Assembly (NCBI GenBank): GCA_964596015.1
Contig: CAZQSB010000001.1
Coordinates: forward strand, 118,023 to 182,022
DNA from: an uncultured bacterium
GTDB taxonomy: Bacteria; Joyebacterota; Joyebacteria; Joyebacterales; Joyebacteraceae
Reading direction: 5' to 3'
Length of the DNA stretch: 64,000 nt
A model generated the notes under the pieces. That model did not search any database and was not told the DNA's origin. It was given only the letters and a program-made list of their open reading frames with translations. The position numbers and the translations under genes are program-made. The number at the start of each line of letters is the position of its first letter. The stretch's first letter is position 1. This document shows positions 1 through 9,574 of the stretch, piece after piece.

Positions 1-40
1 CCCGCACATCGCCATCGTCGAGGACGAAGAAGTCCCATAG
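1..40 (+). CDS. 3' terminal fragment of an upstream gene (possibly hypoxanthine phosphoribosyltransferase)
   Basis: The frame starting at nt 2 reads PHIAIVEDEEVP then TAG (38-40). hpt often precedes ftsH. Only 12 codons are visible, so the identity is a guess. Confidence 0.25.
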   Translation, partial: PHIAIVEDEEVP

Positions 41-76
41 GAGACGCCGCGGTCGAGCCGCGGGGAGATTGACGGA

Positions 77-2140
77 ATGACAGGTCGCACACCTCCACCA
101 TCGGGTGGCGGAGACCGCCGCGACGAGGAAGAGCGCAGGAAGCGAGGCGAGGAGCTTCACAAGAGGCTCGTTCCTCCCCAGCGGTCGCGCAATCCTCTGA
201 TCGCCTGGATCATCTTCATCTTCCTCGCCATCATGGCGTACCAGCTCTATGTCTCCTCGAGGCCCCAGGAGGTCGAGCTGGTCTACAGTCGGCTGGCGAG
301 AGAGATCGAGGCCGGCAACATCGCGTCCATCTCGGTCGAGGGCCGCAAGGTCACAGGCGAGCTCAAGACCGCGTCGGTCGCCGTCAGGGACGGCAGCGAC
401 GTCCAGTTCACTCGTTTCTATACGTGGCTCCTCTTCGAGGACCCGGACTTCATCGACGACGTCCTCGAGACGAACCCCGACGCCGAGCTCGTCGGCGAGC
501 CGCCCGCCACCAACTGGGGCGGCGTGCTCTTCTCTGTCCTGCCGCTCCTGGTCATCGTCGCGTTCTGGATCTTCATCATGCGCTCGATGCGCGGCGGCGG
601 CGGTCCCGGCAAGGCGTTCAGCTTCGGGAAGAGCGGCGCCAGACTTCTGACCGAGGACCGGCCCAAGGTGACCTTCGACGACGTCGCGGGTCTCCCCGAG
701 GCCAAGATGGAGCTCGAGGAGATCGTCGAGTTCCTGAAAGAACCCAAGAAGTTCCAGCGGCTCGGCGGGAAGATCCCGAAGGGCGCGCTCCTCGTGGGAC
801 CGCCGGGAACCGGAAAGACCCTCCTCGCGAGAGCGGTCGCCGGCGAGGCCGAGGTTCCGTTCCTCTCGATAAGCGGCTCCGACTTCGTGGAGATGTTCGT
901 CGGCGTCGGCGCGGCCAGGGTGCGCGACCTCTTCGAGCAGGGCAAGGCCAACGCTCCCTGCATCATCTTCATCGACGAGATGGACGCGGTCGGACGCATG
1001 CGCGGCGCGGGGCTCGGCGGCGGGCACGACGAGCGCGAGCAGACCCTCAACCAGCTCCTCGTCGAGATGGACGGGTTCGAATCGAACGAGGGCGTCATCC
1101 TGCTGGCCGCGACCAACCGGCCCGACGTGCTCGACCCGGCGCTTCTCAGGCCCGGCCGCTTCGACCGCCAGATCGTCGTCGACCGTCCAGACCTGCAGGG
1201 CCGCCAGGGCATTCTGAAGGTGGCCGCCCGGGAGGTCGAGGTCGCAGAAGATGTCGACTTCGGCGTTCTGGCGCGCGGCACCCCGGGTCTCTCGGGCGCC
1301 GATCTCGCCAACCTCGTGAACGAGGCCGCGCTTCTTGCGGCGAGGGCCGGTCACAAGGCCGTCGAGATGGAGGACTTCGAGGAAGCCAAGGACAAGATCA
1401 TGCTCGGCATGGAGCGCAAGAGCGTGATCCTGACCGACGAGGAGGTCCGTACCACCGCGTACCACGAGGCCGGGCACGCGCTCGTCTCCTGGCTCATCCC
1501 TGGCACCGACCCGATCCACAAGGTCACGATCATCCCGCGCGGTCACGCGCTGGGCGTCACGTACTTCCTTCCCACCGACGAGCGACACAACTACGCCCGT
1601 CAGTACTGGCTGGACACCCTCGCGCACGCCCTGGGCGGCCGCGCCGCGGAGGAGCTCGCCCTCGGCGAGATCACGACCGGTTCCGCGCAGGACATCGACT
1701 ACGCCACCGAGCTCGCGCGTCGCATGGTCTGCGAGTGGGGCATGAGCGAGCGGCTCGGGCCCGTCACATTCGGCAAGGAGGACCGGCAGATCTTCCTCGG
1801 CCGCGAGATGGGTCGCATGAAGGAATACAGCGAGGCGACCGCCGTCCTCATCGACGAGGAGGTCCGCGGCATCGTCGACGCGGCGCTCGTACGCGCCCGC
1901 ACGCTCCTCTCAGAGAACATCGACAAGCTCCACCTGCTGGCGAAGGCGTTGCTCGACAGGGAGACGATGACGGGAAGCGAGGTCGATGAGCTGTTCGGGA
2001 GCCAGGGAAGCCCGGGCGGCGGAGCGGGGCCGCCGCGAGTTGAGACGCGCGGAGAGGCGGTCGACGCGACCTCCGGGACGTCTCCCGATGCGGAGCGGCG
2101 GGACACCGAGATCGACACGTCTCCCGACGAGAGATCGTAG
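77..2140 (+). CDS. ftsH: ATP-dependent zinc metalloprotease FtsH
   Basis: 687-aa ORF with N-terminal TM segments, Walker A GPPGTGKT, Walker B IIFIDEMD, and zinc site HEAGHA. Confidence 0.97.
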   Translation: MTGRTPPPSGGGDRRDEEERRKRGEELHKRLVPPQRSRNPLIAWIIFIFLAIMAYQLYVSSRPQEVELVYSRLAREIEAGNIASISVEGRKVTGELKTASVAVRDGSDVQFTRFYTWLLFEDPDFIDDVLETNPDAELVGEPPATNWGGVLFSVLPLLVIVAFWIFIMRSMRGGGGPGKAFSFGKSGARLLTEDRPKVTFDDVAGLPEAKMELEEIVEFLKEPKKFQRLGGKIPKGALLVGPPGTGKTLLARAVAGEAEVPFLSISGSDFVEMFVGVGAARVRDLFEQGKANAPCIIFIDEMDAVGRMRGAGLGGGHDEREQTLNQLLVEMDGFESNEGVILLAATNRPDVLDPALLRPGRFDRQIVVDRPDLQGRQGILKVAAREVEVAEDVDFGVLARGTPGLSGADLANLVNEAALLAARAGHKAVEMEDFEEAKDKIMLGMERKSVILTDEEVRTTAYHEAGHALVSWLIPGTDPIHKVTIIPRGHALGVTYFLPTDERHNYARQYWLDTLAHALGGRAAEELALGEITTGSAQDIDYATELARRMVCEWGMSERLGPVTFGKEDRQIFLGREMGRMKEYSEATAVLIDEEVRGIVDAALVRARTLLSENIDKLHLLAKALLDRETMTGSEVDELFGSQGSPGGGAGPPRVETRGEAVDATSGTSPDAERRDTEIDTSPDERS

Positions 2141-2165
2141 CACCCGAGGCACCGGCCGGGGAACC

Positions 2166-3401
2166 ATGACGGAAGCTCTGTCACCCAGGGTCATACTGAT
2201 CGAGTCCCTCGACGACGCGGCGCGCGAGATGCGCGCCATCGGCGTCTCGAGCGGCGGCGTCGACGCCATGGAAGGGAAGGCCCTTCTCCTCACCGTCAAG
2301 GTCGCCGACGTGTGTGTCCCCTCCGCTCACGTTCTCAAGCAGCAGATGCTCTCGCTCGGCGGCGAGGCGGCCGTCGCCAGGGACGTCCTCACCCACGCGG
2401 TCGACAAGACCGACGTCCTCGTCTTCGGAACCGTGACGCAGCTCAGGAGCCTCTCGGAAAAGCTGTCGTGGCAGCCTTTCGACCTGCCCGAGCTCGGACT
2501 CCGCATCGCGGAGCTCCTCGACTCGGTGTCGGGCAAACGCCGCGAGGTGTTCCGAGCGCGCCACATCACGCTCGATCTCGCCCATCACGTGCACGTGATG
2601 GGCATCCTCAACGTGACCCCGGATTCCTTCTCCGACGGCGGGAGCTACCCGACGGCGAGCGCCGCGGTCGAGCGGGCTCTCGAAATGGTCGAGGAGGGCG
2701 CCGACATCATCGACGTGGGCGGCCAGTCGTCGCGACCGGGGTCGGAGCCGGTCCCCGTCGAGAAGGAGCTCGAGAGGGTTCTGCCCGTCGTCGAGCGGCT
2801 CTGCGGCGAGTGGAAGGGGCCCGTCTCGGTCGACACGTATCGCCACGAGGTGGCCGAGGCCTGCATCGAGGCCGGAGCCGCGATCGTGAACGACATCACG
2901 GCGCTCTCCGGTGACTCCCGCATGGCCGACCTTATCGCATCCACAGCGGCAGGGTGCGTCCTCATGCACATGAAGGGGGAGCCCACGACCATGCAGGATG
3001 GCCCCGTCTACGGCGACCTCGTCGGCGAGATCGCGGGCCTTCTCGCGACAGCCGACTCCAGGGCGCGGAAGAGCGGGGTCGACCCGGAACAGATCGTCAT
3101 TGACCCCGGGCTGGGGTTCGGGAAGACTACGGAGGACAATCTCGAGATCCTGCGGCGACTGCCCGAGCTCCGCGCGTTGGGCAGGCCGATCCTCATCGGA
3201 TCATCGCGCAAAGGTTTCATCGGGCGCGTCCTCGATCTCCCCCTTGAGGAGAGGCTCGAGGGGACGCTCGCCACGTGCGCATACGCGGTCGCGCAGGGCG
3301 CCCGGATGGTGCGTGTGCACGACGTGCGGCCGACCCTCAGGGCCGTGAGGATAGTGGACGCCTGTCTGGCCTCCGGCAGGCGAGAGGAGCGGATGCCATG
3401 A
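2166..3401 (+). CDS. folP: Dihydropteroate synthase with an unrecognised N-terminal extension of about 125 aa
   Basis: ATG at 2166, 25 nt after the ftsH stop, is preferred over the 1986 ORF start, which overlaps ftsH. The C-terminal part carries DHPS signatures HVMGILNVTPDSFSDGG, DVGGQSSRPG and SSRKGFIG. Confidence 0.9.
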   Translation: MTEALSPRVILIESLDDAAREMRAIGVSSGGVDAMEGKALLLTVKVADVCVPSAHVLKQQMLSLGGEAAVARDVLTHAVDKTDVLVFGTVTQLRSLSEKLSWQPFDLPELGLRIAELLDSVSGKRREVFRARHITLDLAHHVHVMGILNVTPDSFSDGGSYPTASAAVERALEMVEEGADIIDVGGQSSRPGSEPVPVEKELERVLPVVERLCGEWKGPVSVDTYRHEVAEACIEAGAAIVNDITALSGDSRMADLIASTAAGCVLMHMKGEPTTMQDGPVYGDLVGEIAGLLATADSRARKSGVDPEQIVIDPGLGFGKTTEDNLEILRRLPELRALGRPILIGSSRKGFIGRVLDLPLEERLEGTLATCAYAVAQGARMVRVHDVRPTLRAVRIVDACLASGRREERMP

Positions 3402-4165
3402 GCGGATGGAGAGTCCTCATCGACATCATCGATGTCTCCATCGTGGCGTTCATCGTCTATCAGCTGCTGCTTCTGATGCGCGGCCGCCGTGCCATGCAGA
3501 TGCTCATCTCGCTCATCGTCATCGTCGTCATCGGCTTCGCGGCGCGGTGGTTCGAGCTCGACGCGTTGAACTGGCTCATGTCCGGTCTGCGCGGCGTCTG
3601 GGCGATCATCTTCGTCATTCTCTTCCAGCAGGAACTCCGTCGCCTCCTCGGACAGGTCGGGCAGAGCAGACTCTTCAGACCGTTCGTCAACGTCGAGGAG
3701 CATGAGGCCATCGAGGCGGTCGTGTCCGCGGCGAAGACCCTCTCGCAGAAGAAGACAGGCGCGCTCATCGTCATCGAACGGTCCGCGCGTCTGACGAACT
3801 ACTACCAGACCGGCGTGATGCTGGGTTCCCCGGTCGTCACGTCGCTCATCGTGTCCATCTTCACGCCGCTGACGCCGCTCCACGACGGCGCGCTCATCAT
3901 CAACGGCGACCGCATCGTGGCCGCGCGGTGCACGCTGCCGCTGTCACAGAATCCCTATTTCGTGCACACGCTGGGCACGCGGCACAGGGCCGCCGTCGGG
4001 CTGACCGAGGAGACCGACGCGGTCGTTGTCGTCGTGTCCGAAGAGACCGGACAGATATCGCTCGCGCTCGCAGGACAGATATCGCGCGGGCTCACACCGT
4101 CCGCCCTGAAGGACCGTCTCGGCCAGCTCCTCAGACCCGAGACGACCGAGAGCACCGGAAGCTAG
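3398..4165 (+). CDS. cdaA: Diadenylate cyclase CdaA (c-di-AMP synthase)
   Basis: ATG at 3398 overlaps the folP stop (ATGA). It has three N-terminal TM helices and a DAC domain with HDGALII and GTRHRAA motifs. Confidence 0.9.
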   Translation: MSGWRVLIDIIDVSIVAFIVYQLLLLMRGRRAMQMLISLIVIVVIGFAARWFELDALNWLMSGLRGVWAIIFVILFQQELRRLLGQVGQSRLFRPFVNVEEHEAIEAVVSAAKTLSQKKTGALIVIERSARLTNYYQTGVMLGSPVVTSLIVSIFTPLTPLHDGALIINGDRIVAARCTLPLSQNPYFVHTLGTRHRAAVGLTEETDAVVVVVSEETGQISLALAGQISRGLTPSALKDRLGQLLRPETTESTGS

Positions 4166-4173
4166 GAGTCGAG

Positions 4174-6861
4174 ATGTACCATCACGAACGGAACAACCGG
4201 ATCATCGCCTGGGCGCTCGGGGCGTTCGCCTTCGTCATCTACATGATGACCACGTGCCCCGTGGTCTCGTTCTGGGACAACGGCGAGTTCGTGGCCGTCG
4301 GCTACACGCTCGGCGTCGGACATCCCCCCGGGTCGCCTGTCTACACCCTGATCTCCCGGCTGTTCTCGCTTCTCCCCTTCCCGAACGTCGTACAGGCGGT
4401 CAACTTCATGTCGATCGTCGCGGCGGCGTTCGCGATCGTCTTCTTCTATCTGTCGCTCGCGAAGATGGCGAAGCGCTGGGAAGGACGGATCGAGTCGTTC
4501 GAGGACGGTCTGCCGACGTACGTCACGGGCATCACCGCCTGCCTCTTCATGGCCTTCTCGCTCAGCTTCTGGGAGAACGCGCTGGAGGCGGAGGTCTACG
4601 CGACGAACATCCTCATCATGGCGGCGACCCTCTGGATGGTGCTCAGGTGGTCCGAGCTCAGGCAGGTTCCCAGGGACAGACGTTTTCTGTTCCTGATCAT
4701 CTACCTTCTGGCTCTCGGCATCGGCGTTCACATGGGGAGCCTTCTCTGGGCGCCGGCGTTCCTGGTCTTCATCATTCTCTTCGAGACGCGCTACATCGGC
4801 CTCTTCCTCCTGGCGCTCCCGCTGGGAATGGCGTTCTTCCTCCTTTCCAAGGGGGTCCTGTGGGGCGCCTACGGAATAGGCCTCCTCTGGCTCCTCACGA
4901 CGCTCTACTTCGCCGTCCCGTCCATGTGGGGGCGGGAGGGTTCGGGCCCCGGGCGCGGCGAGCGCCGCAGGGCGAAGAAACAGGGCAGGAAACCGGCCGC
5001 AACGTCCCACCCGGCGGCTGCGCTGCCCCCGGCCATGCTCTGGACGCTGGTCGTTGTCCAACTGGTGGCGCTTCTCGCGAGCGGCAGCAATCAGGGCGGC
5101 GGCGCGGTCGCGTGGTTCCTCCTGGCTCTCATCGTGAGCGCCGGCGCCGTGGCGCTCTATGCGTACCTCATACGGACCGAGCACATCGACAGGCCCGAGA
5201 TCCCGGCCCGGATGGTGTTCGGCGCCGCCGTTCTCGGTGTGCTGGCGCTCTCGGTGCACGCGTACCTCCTGATCCGGGCCCGGCTTAACCCTGCGATCAA
5301 CGAGTCGAACCCCAACACCTGGAAGCTCGTGTTCGATGTCATGCGGCGGAAGCAGTACGAACCGATGCGGCTCTTCCCGAGGAGAACACCGTTCCCGAAC
5401 CAGTTCCGGATCCTCTGGACGTACCTCGCGCCCCAGTTCACCGTTTGGCCTCTCCTGCTCTCGGTATGGGGCGCCATCGTGCACGCCCGCCGCGACAGGA
5501 GGACGTTCATTCTTCTGGCCGTGGCGTTCGCGGTCGCGTCCGTGGGTCTTCTGTTCTACCTCAACATCTCCGACAGCGAAGTGAGGTCGCGCGAGTACTT
5601 CTGGGTCCCGATGTACGTCGGTCTGGCCCTCTGGATGGGAATAGGAAGCGGTCAGATCGCGCGGTGGGCAAGGAAGCTCGGACGGGCGGGACTCTACGTC
5701 GCCTCGGTCGCGCTCATCCTCATCTCTCTCTGGCCGCTCCAGCATCACTACTTCAGGATGGACAAGAGCGAGAACTACGTGGCGCACTACTACGGGTACA
5801 ACCTGCTCAACTTCCTCGAAGAGGACGCCATCCTCATCACGAACGGGGACAACGACACGTTTCCGCTCTGGTACCTGCAGGAGGTCGAGGGCCTGAGGAA
5901 GGACGTCGAAGTCGTCAACCTGTCGCTCGTTCAGATCAACTGGTACGTCCGCCAGCTCAAGGAGCGCGGTCTCCCGCTGAGTTTCACGTTCGAGGAGATC
6001 GACAAGATGCACCCCTACTGGGCGCGCGACCCCGACACGGGACAGCTCCGCCTGGTGACCCTGAGGGACATCACCATTCACGACCTGATCCGTGAGAACA
6101 ACTGGGAGAGGCCCGTCTACTTCGCGGTGACGGTCGACGACTTCATGGGCTACGACGACCATCTCCAGCTGGAGGGCATGGTCTTCAAGCTGGTGCGAAC
6201 GGAGGGCCGCTACCAGATCGACGTCGAAAGGACGCGCGAGAACTGCTTCCAGAACTACCGGTACGACAGCATCGTGGACAAGGACGACAACTGGCGGGTC
6301 ATCGACGAGGTCTACAAGAACCAGACGTACCGGCGCCTGATCACGAACTACGCGGCCGGGTTCTCGCGGCTGGCGTTCCACGAGATGCAGAATCCGCCTC
6401 CCGATGTCGAGGAGGCGATGAGGCTCTATGAGATCGCGCTCAAGTTCGCTCCGACGTATGGTCCTGCTCTCAACGGACTCATCGCCATCTACGCAGTGCG
6501 GCTCTACCAGCCGGAGAAGGCGGTGCCGCTGGCCGAGAGGCTGCTCGAGGCGCAGCCGGAGAACACCGAGTCGTGGGTGCGCCACGGCGGTGTCCACCTG
6601 ATGGTCGCCGAGGACCTCAAGAGGTCCGGCCGACAGGAGGAAGCGCGTCCTCACTACGAGACCGCGCTCGAATCCTACGAGGAGGCGCTCAGACGCGAGC
6701 CCGAGCGGAACGAGATCTACCCGGCTGTTCTGACGATCTACGAGGAACTCGGGATGAGCGACCGCGTCGACTGGCTCCTGGGACTCTGGCAGCGCTACGA
6801 TCCTGAAGGACTCCGAAGGGCCATGGGCGACGCGCAGAGCCCCGGAGGTGCGGAGGGATAG
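4174..6861 (+). CDS. DUF2723 / glycosyltransferase family 117-like polytopic membrane protein with a C-terminal TPR-like region
   Basis: ATG at 4174 is preceded by AGGAG (4164-4168). The N-terminus reads FWDNGEF...GVGHPPGSPVY, typical of DUF2723. There are many TM helices, and the soluble helical-repeat C-terminus follows. A basic low-complexity loop (GERRRAKKQGRK) lies mid-protein. Confidence 0.8.
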   Translation: MYHHERNNRIIAWALGAFAFVIYMMTTCPVVSFWDNGEFVAVGYTLGVGHPPGSPVYTLISRLFSLLPFPNVVQAVNFMSIVAAAFAIVFFYLSLAKMAKRWEGRIESFEDGLPTYVTGITACLFMAFSLSFWENALEAEVYATNILIMAATLWMVLRWSELRQVPRDRRFLFLIIYLLALGIGVHMGSLLWAPAFLVFIILFETRYIGLFLLALPLGMAFFLLSKGVLWGAYGIGLLWLLTTLYFAVPSMWGREGSGPGRGERRRAKKQGRKPAATSHPAAALPPAMLWTLVVVQLVALLASGSNQGGGAVAWFLLALIVSAGAVALYAYLIRTEHIDRPEIPARMVFGAAVLGVLALSVHAYLLIRARLNPAINESNPNTWKLVFDVMRRKQYEPMRLFPRRTPFPNQFRILWTYLAPQFTVWPLLLSVWGAIVHARRDRRTFILLAVAFAVASVGLLFYLNISDSEVRSREYFWVPMYVGLALWMGIGSGQIARWARKLGRAGLYVASVALILISLWPLQHHYFRMDKSENYVAHYYGYNLLNFLEEDAILITNGDNDTFPLWYLQEVEGLRKDVEVVNLSLVQINWYVRQLKERGLPLSFTFEEIDKMHPYWARDPDTGQLRLVTLRDITIHDLIRENNWERPVYFAVTVDDFMGYDDHLQLEGMVFKLVRTEGRYQIDVERTRENCFQNYRYDSIVDKDDNWRVIDEVYKNQTYRRLITNYAAGFSRLAFHEMQNPPPDVEEAMRLYEIALKFAPTYGPALNGLIAIYAVRLYQPEKAVPLAERLLEAQPENTESWVRHGGVHLMVAEDLKRSGRQEEARPHYETALESYEEALRREPERNEIYPAVLTIYEELGMSDRVDWLLGLWQRYDPEGLRRAMGDAQSPGGAEG

Positions 6862-6921
6862 ACGGATCGCTCGACGGACGGCACCGACCGCGAAGCCCTC
6901 GAAGACGCGGCCGGGATATCG

Positions 6922-6951
6922 GAACGGGCCCGCCAGGCGGCGGGCCCGTTC
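6922..6951. terminator. Bidirectional stem-loop between convergent genes
   Basis: Perfect 13-bp stem gaacgggcccgcc / ggcgggcccgttc with loop aggc. It lies between the DUF2723 stop (6861) and the M16 stop (6980). There is no clear U-tract. Confidence 0.5.
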
Positions 6952-6979
6952 GCTGTCTCAAGGCAAGGAGGCGGTCGTG

Positions 6980-9574
6980 TCACGCCCCCCGAACGATGAC
7001 CGAAGCCGCTCCCCGCTCTCTCACAAGATGTTCCGCCGCGGCGGCGACCACGTCGTCCCGCCTGACCGACCTGAGGAGCTCGGGAGTCCGGAAGACCCTC
7101 TCATAGCCGGTCCCGACGATCTCGGCCATCGAGCAGGCGGCCGCGCGCGCCGAACCTCGCTGGAGCGCGATCTCGTACGACCCGGCGGTCGACCGGGCGG
7201 CCCGTCCGAGGTCATCATCATCGAGGCCGCCGCCGGCCAATCCCTCGAACGTCTCCAGAAGCGCATCGCGAACGCCTTCCTCCCCGCCCGGCTGGGAGGT
7301 CGCGTAGCCGACGACGATGCCTGCTCGGGCGAACTGAAACACGCTGGCGCCGACCGAGTACGCGTGCGGAGGCTTCTCCCTGAGCTCGCGCCAGAGCACG
7401 CCGCCCATCATGCCCAGCCCGCGGGCGGCCACTCGGAGAGCGAGGGAGGCGTCGGTCCCGGCAGGCGGACCCAGAAAAGCGACCACCACCGTGGACTGCC
7501 CGACCCCGGACGACTCGAGCACGATGTCGCCTTCCGGCCGCGCTGTGGGGTCGGGCACGGCCCGGGGAGGCTGAGCGTCCGCGGCGGGAGCCGCCAGTCG
7601 ATCGAGTCCTCCGTCGGGCACGTCGCCCGCGCCGCAGATGACCATGCGCGAAGCGCCGTAGCGTTCGGCGTGCCACGACGCGACGTCATCGGACGTGATC
7701 CGGGAGACCTCCTCGACGGTTCCACGGACCGGCCTCCCGTACGGATGGTCGGAAAGCACGAGCGGAAGCGACGCGAGAAGCGCCCTGCTCATGGGATCGT
7801 CCTGCGCGGCGCCGATCTCGGCGGTCACCTCCTCCCTGGCGTGCGCCACCTGCTCCGGTTCGAAGGCGGGACTCGAGACGACTTCACGCAGAAGCTCGGT
7901 GGCGCGCTCGAGCCTCGATGAGAGCACGGTCAGACCGATGCCGAAGCCGTCGCGGTCGACCGCCGTCCCGATGCCGCCGCCGATCGTCTCGACCTCCTCG
8001 GCCAGACGCGCCGCGGAGTAGCGCTTCGTCCCGCGGAGAAGGGCCTTCTGCGTCGCGTAGGTGATGCCGCCGTACCCCTCGGGCTCCTCTGAGTGGCCGC
8101 CACGGAACGAGACGGCGACGGAGGCGACCGGCACGGAGCGGGACACGCACTTCACGAGCACCGCCCCGTTCACCAACTCCTCGCGCGTGCAGTAGGGAGC
8201 CGAGGACTCCGCCACGAGCGCCGGTCGTTCGAAGGGCGCCGGAGCCGGACCTTTGGGACGTTCCTCCATGATGCGGGGGCGCCGTCCTGACGTCCGGGTC
8301 CGCCGGGGCCTCCACGCGCCGACGGGCGCGCCCGAACCGCGGGGAGCGTACGAGACGACGGTGCATGTCCCGTCGGCGAGCCACGTCTCGGCCGCTCGCC
8401 GGACGTCGGCCGCCGAGACAGCCGCCAGTCGATCGACGTACTTCTCCGCGAGTTCGTAGTCTCCGAGCATCTCGTAGTGACCGAGCGTCCGCGCGATGGA
8501 GTCGGACGTCTCGTGCTCGAGGGCGTAGGCCGACTCGAGTCTGCGCACGCTCTTCTCCATCTCGCGGTCGTTGATGCCCTCACCCGCCAGGCGGCCGAAC
8601 TCGTCCAGGCACTCGCCGACGACCTCTTCGACCGACCCGGCGGATGTCACCGCTCTCACAACATGCAGGCCGATGTCGCGGTACGTCACGACGCCCGAGG
8701 ACACCGAGGACACGAGGGACCTTTCAAGCTGGAGTCGCCGGCGGAGCCGGGCGCTTCGCCCCACGCCCAGAAGTCCGGTGAGAACGTCGAGAGCGGGAAG
8801 GTCATCGTGGAGCGCGTGCGGTGCGCGATGGGCGACGTAGACGTACGCGCGCTCGAGGTCGCCCTCGTATCCGTGCGCCTCGACGCCGCGTTCGCTCGTC
8901 AGACCGTGATCGGCCGTCGGGGGTCTGTCTCCTCCGGGAAGATCGCCCAGAAGCCCGGACGCGCGGTCGACGACCTCGTCCGCGTCGACGTCGCCGCAGA
9001 TCACCTCGACGAGGTTCCCTCCCCTGTAGTGCGACATGAAGTGAGACTCGAGTTCCTCCGGACGGATGTCGGCGAGCGACTCCTCCGTGCCCACCACCGG
9101 CCTGCCGCACGGGTGGTCCGGGAACGCCCGTTCCATCAGGCGATGCCAGAGGAACGACTGGGGAACCCGTTCGGAGCCGCGCGCCTCCTCCACGATGACG
9201 GCCCGCTCCGCGTCGACGTCATCCCGGTCGAACGAGGCACCCGTCAGGGCCCGCACCTGCCTCTCGAGCACCCGCTGCCACGCCTCGGTCGGGAGGATCT
9301 GGTAGAAGGTGGTTCCGTCGCAGCCGGTCTCCCCGTTCAGGTGACCGCCGGCGTCGAGCACCTCGCGGACGAGCGCGCCGCCGGGCCCGCCGGCGCCGCG
9401 TCCTCCAAAGAGCACATGTTCGATGAAATGGGCCATTCCTGCGCGGGCGGGCGGGTCGTCCGCCGCGCCCGTTCCGACCCACAGGTTGAGCGTCACGACC
9501 GGCGCCGTTCGAAGCTCGCGGACGAGAAGTCTCACTCCGTTCGGCAGCGCCACGCGACGCGTCAGCTGGTCCAT
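6980..9574 (-). CDS. Fused two-module M16 (pitrilysin/insulinase) family zinc peptidase
   Basis: 864 aa with an inverted zinc motif HFIEHVLFGG near the N-terminus. The second half repeats the M16 fold without the motif. Confidence 0.9.
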   Translation of the reverse strand: MDQLTRRVALPNGVRLLVRELRTAPVVTLNLWVGTGAADDPPARAGMAHFIEHVLFGGRGAGGPGGALVREVLDAGGHLNGETGCDGTTFYQILPTEAWQRVLERQVRALTGASFDRDDVDAERAVIVEEARGSERVPQSFLWHRLMERAFPDHPCGRPVVGTEESLADIRPEELESHFMSHYRGGNLVEVICGDVDADEVVDRASGLLGDLPGGDRPPTADHGLTSERGVEAHGYEGDLERAYVYVAHRAPHALHDDLPALDVLTGLLGVGRSARLRRRLQLERSLVSSVSSGVVTYRDIGLHVVRAVTSAGSVEEVVGECLDEFGRLAGEGINDREMEKSVRRLESAYALEHETSDSIARTLGHYEMLGDYELAEKYVDRLAAVSAADVRRAAETWLADGTCTVVSYAPRGSGAPVGAWRPRRTRTSGRRPRIMEERPKGPAPAPFERPALVAESSAPYCTREELVNGAVLVKCVSRSVPVASVAVSFRGGHSEEPEGYGGITYATQKALLRGTKRYSAARLAEEVETIGGGIGTAVDRDGFGIGLTVLSSRLERATELLREVVSSPAFEPEQVAHAREEVTAEIGAAQDDPMSRALLASLPLVLSDHPYGRPVRGTVEEVSRITSDDVASWHAERYGASRMVICGAGDVPDGGLDRLAAPAADAQPPRAVPDPTARPEGDIVLESSGVGQSTVVVAFLGPPAGTDASLALRVAARGLGMMGGVLWRELREKPPHAYSVGASVFQFARAGIVVGYATSQPGGEEGVRDALLETFEGLAGGGLDDDDLGRAARSTAGSYEIALQRGSARAAACSMAEIVGTGYERVFRTPELLRSVRRDDVVAAAAEHLVRERGAASVIVRGA

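Noticed and set aside
1986-2165. Upstream part of the 471-aa folP ORF.
   Set aside because: It overlaps the ftsH 3' end by 155 nt and encodes an Arg/Thr/Gly-rich peptide. The ATG at 2166 gives a clean 25-nt intergenic gap.
4162-6654. 830-aa minus-strand ORF antisense to the DUF2723 gene.
   Set aside because: It is rich in Arg, Asp, Glu and Pro and contains no recognisable motif. The plus-strand frame has clear family signatures and TM helices. This is a typical shadow ORF of a high-G+C genome.
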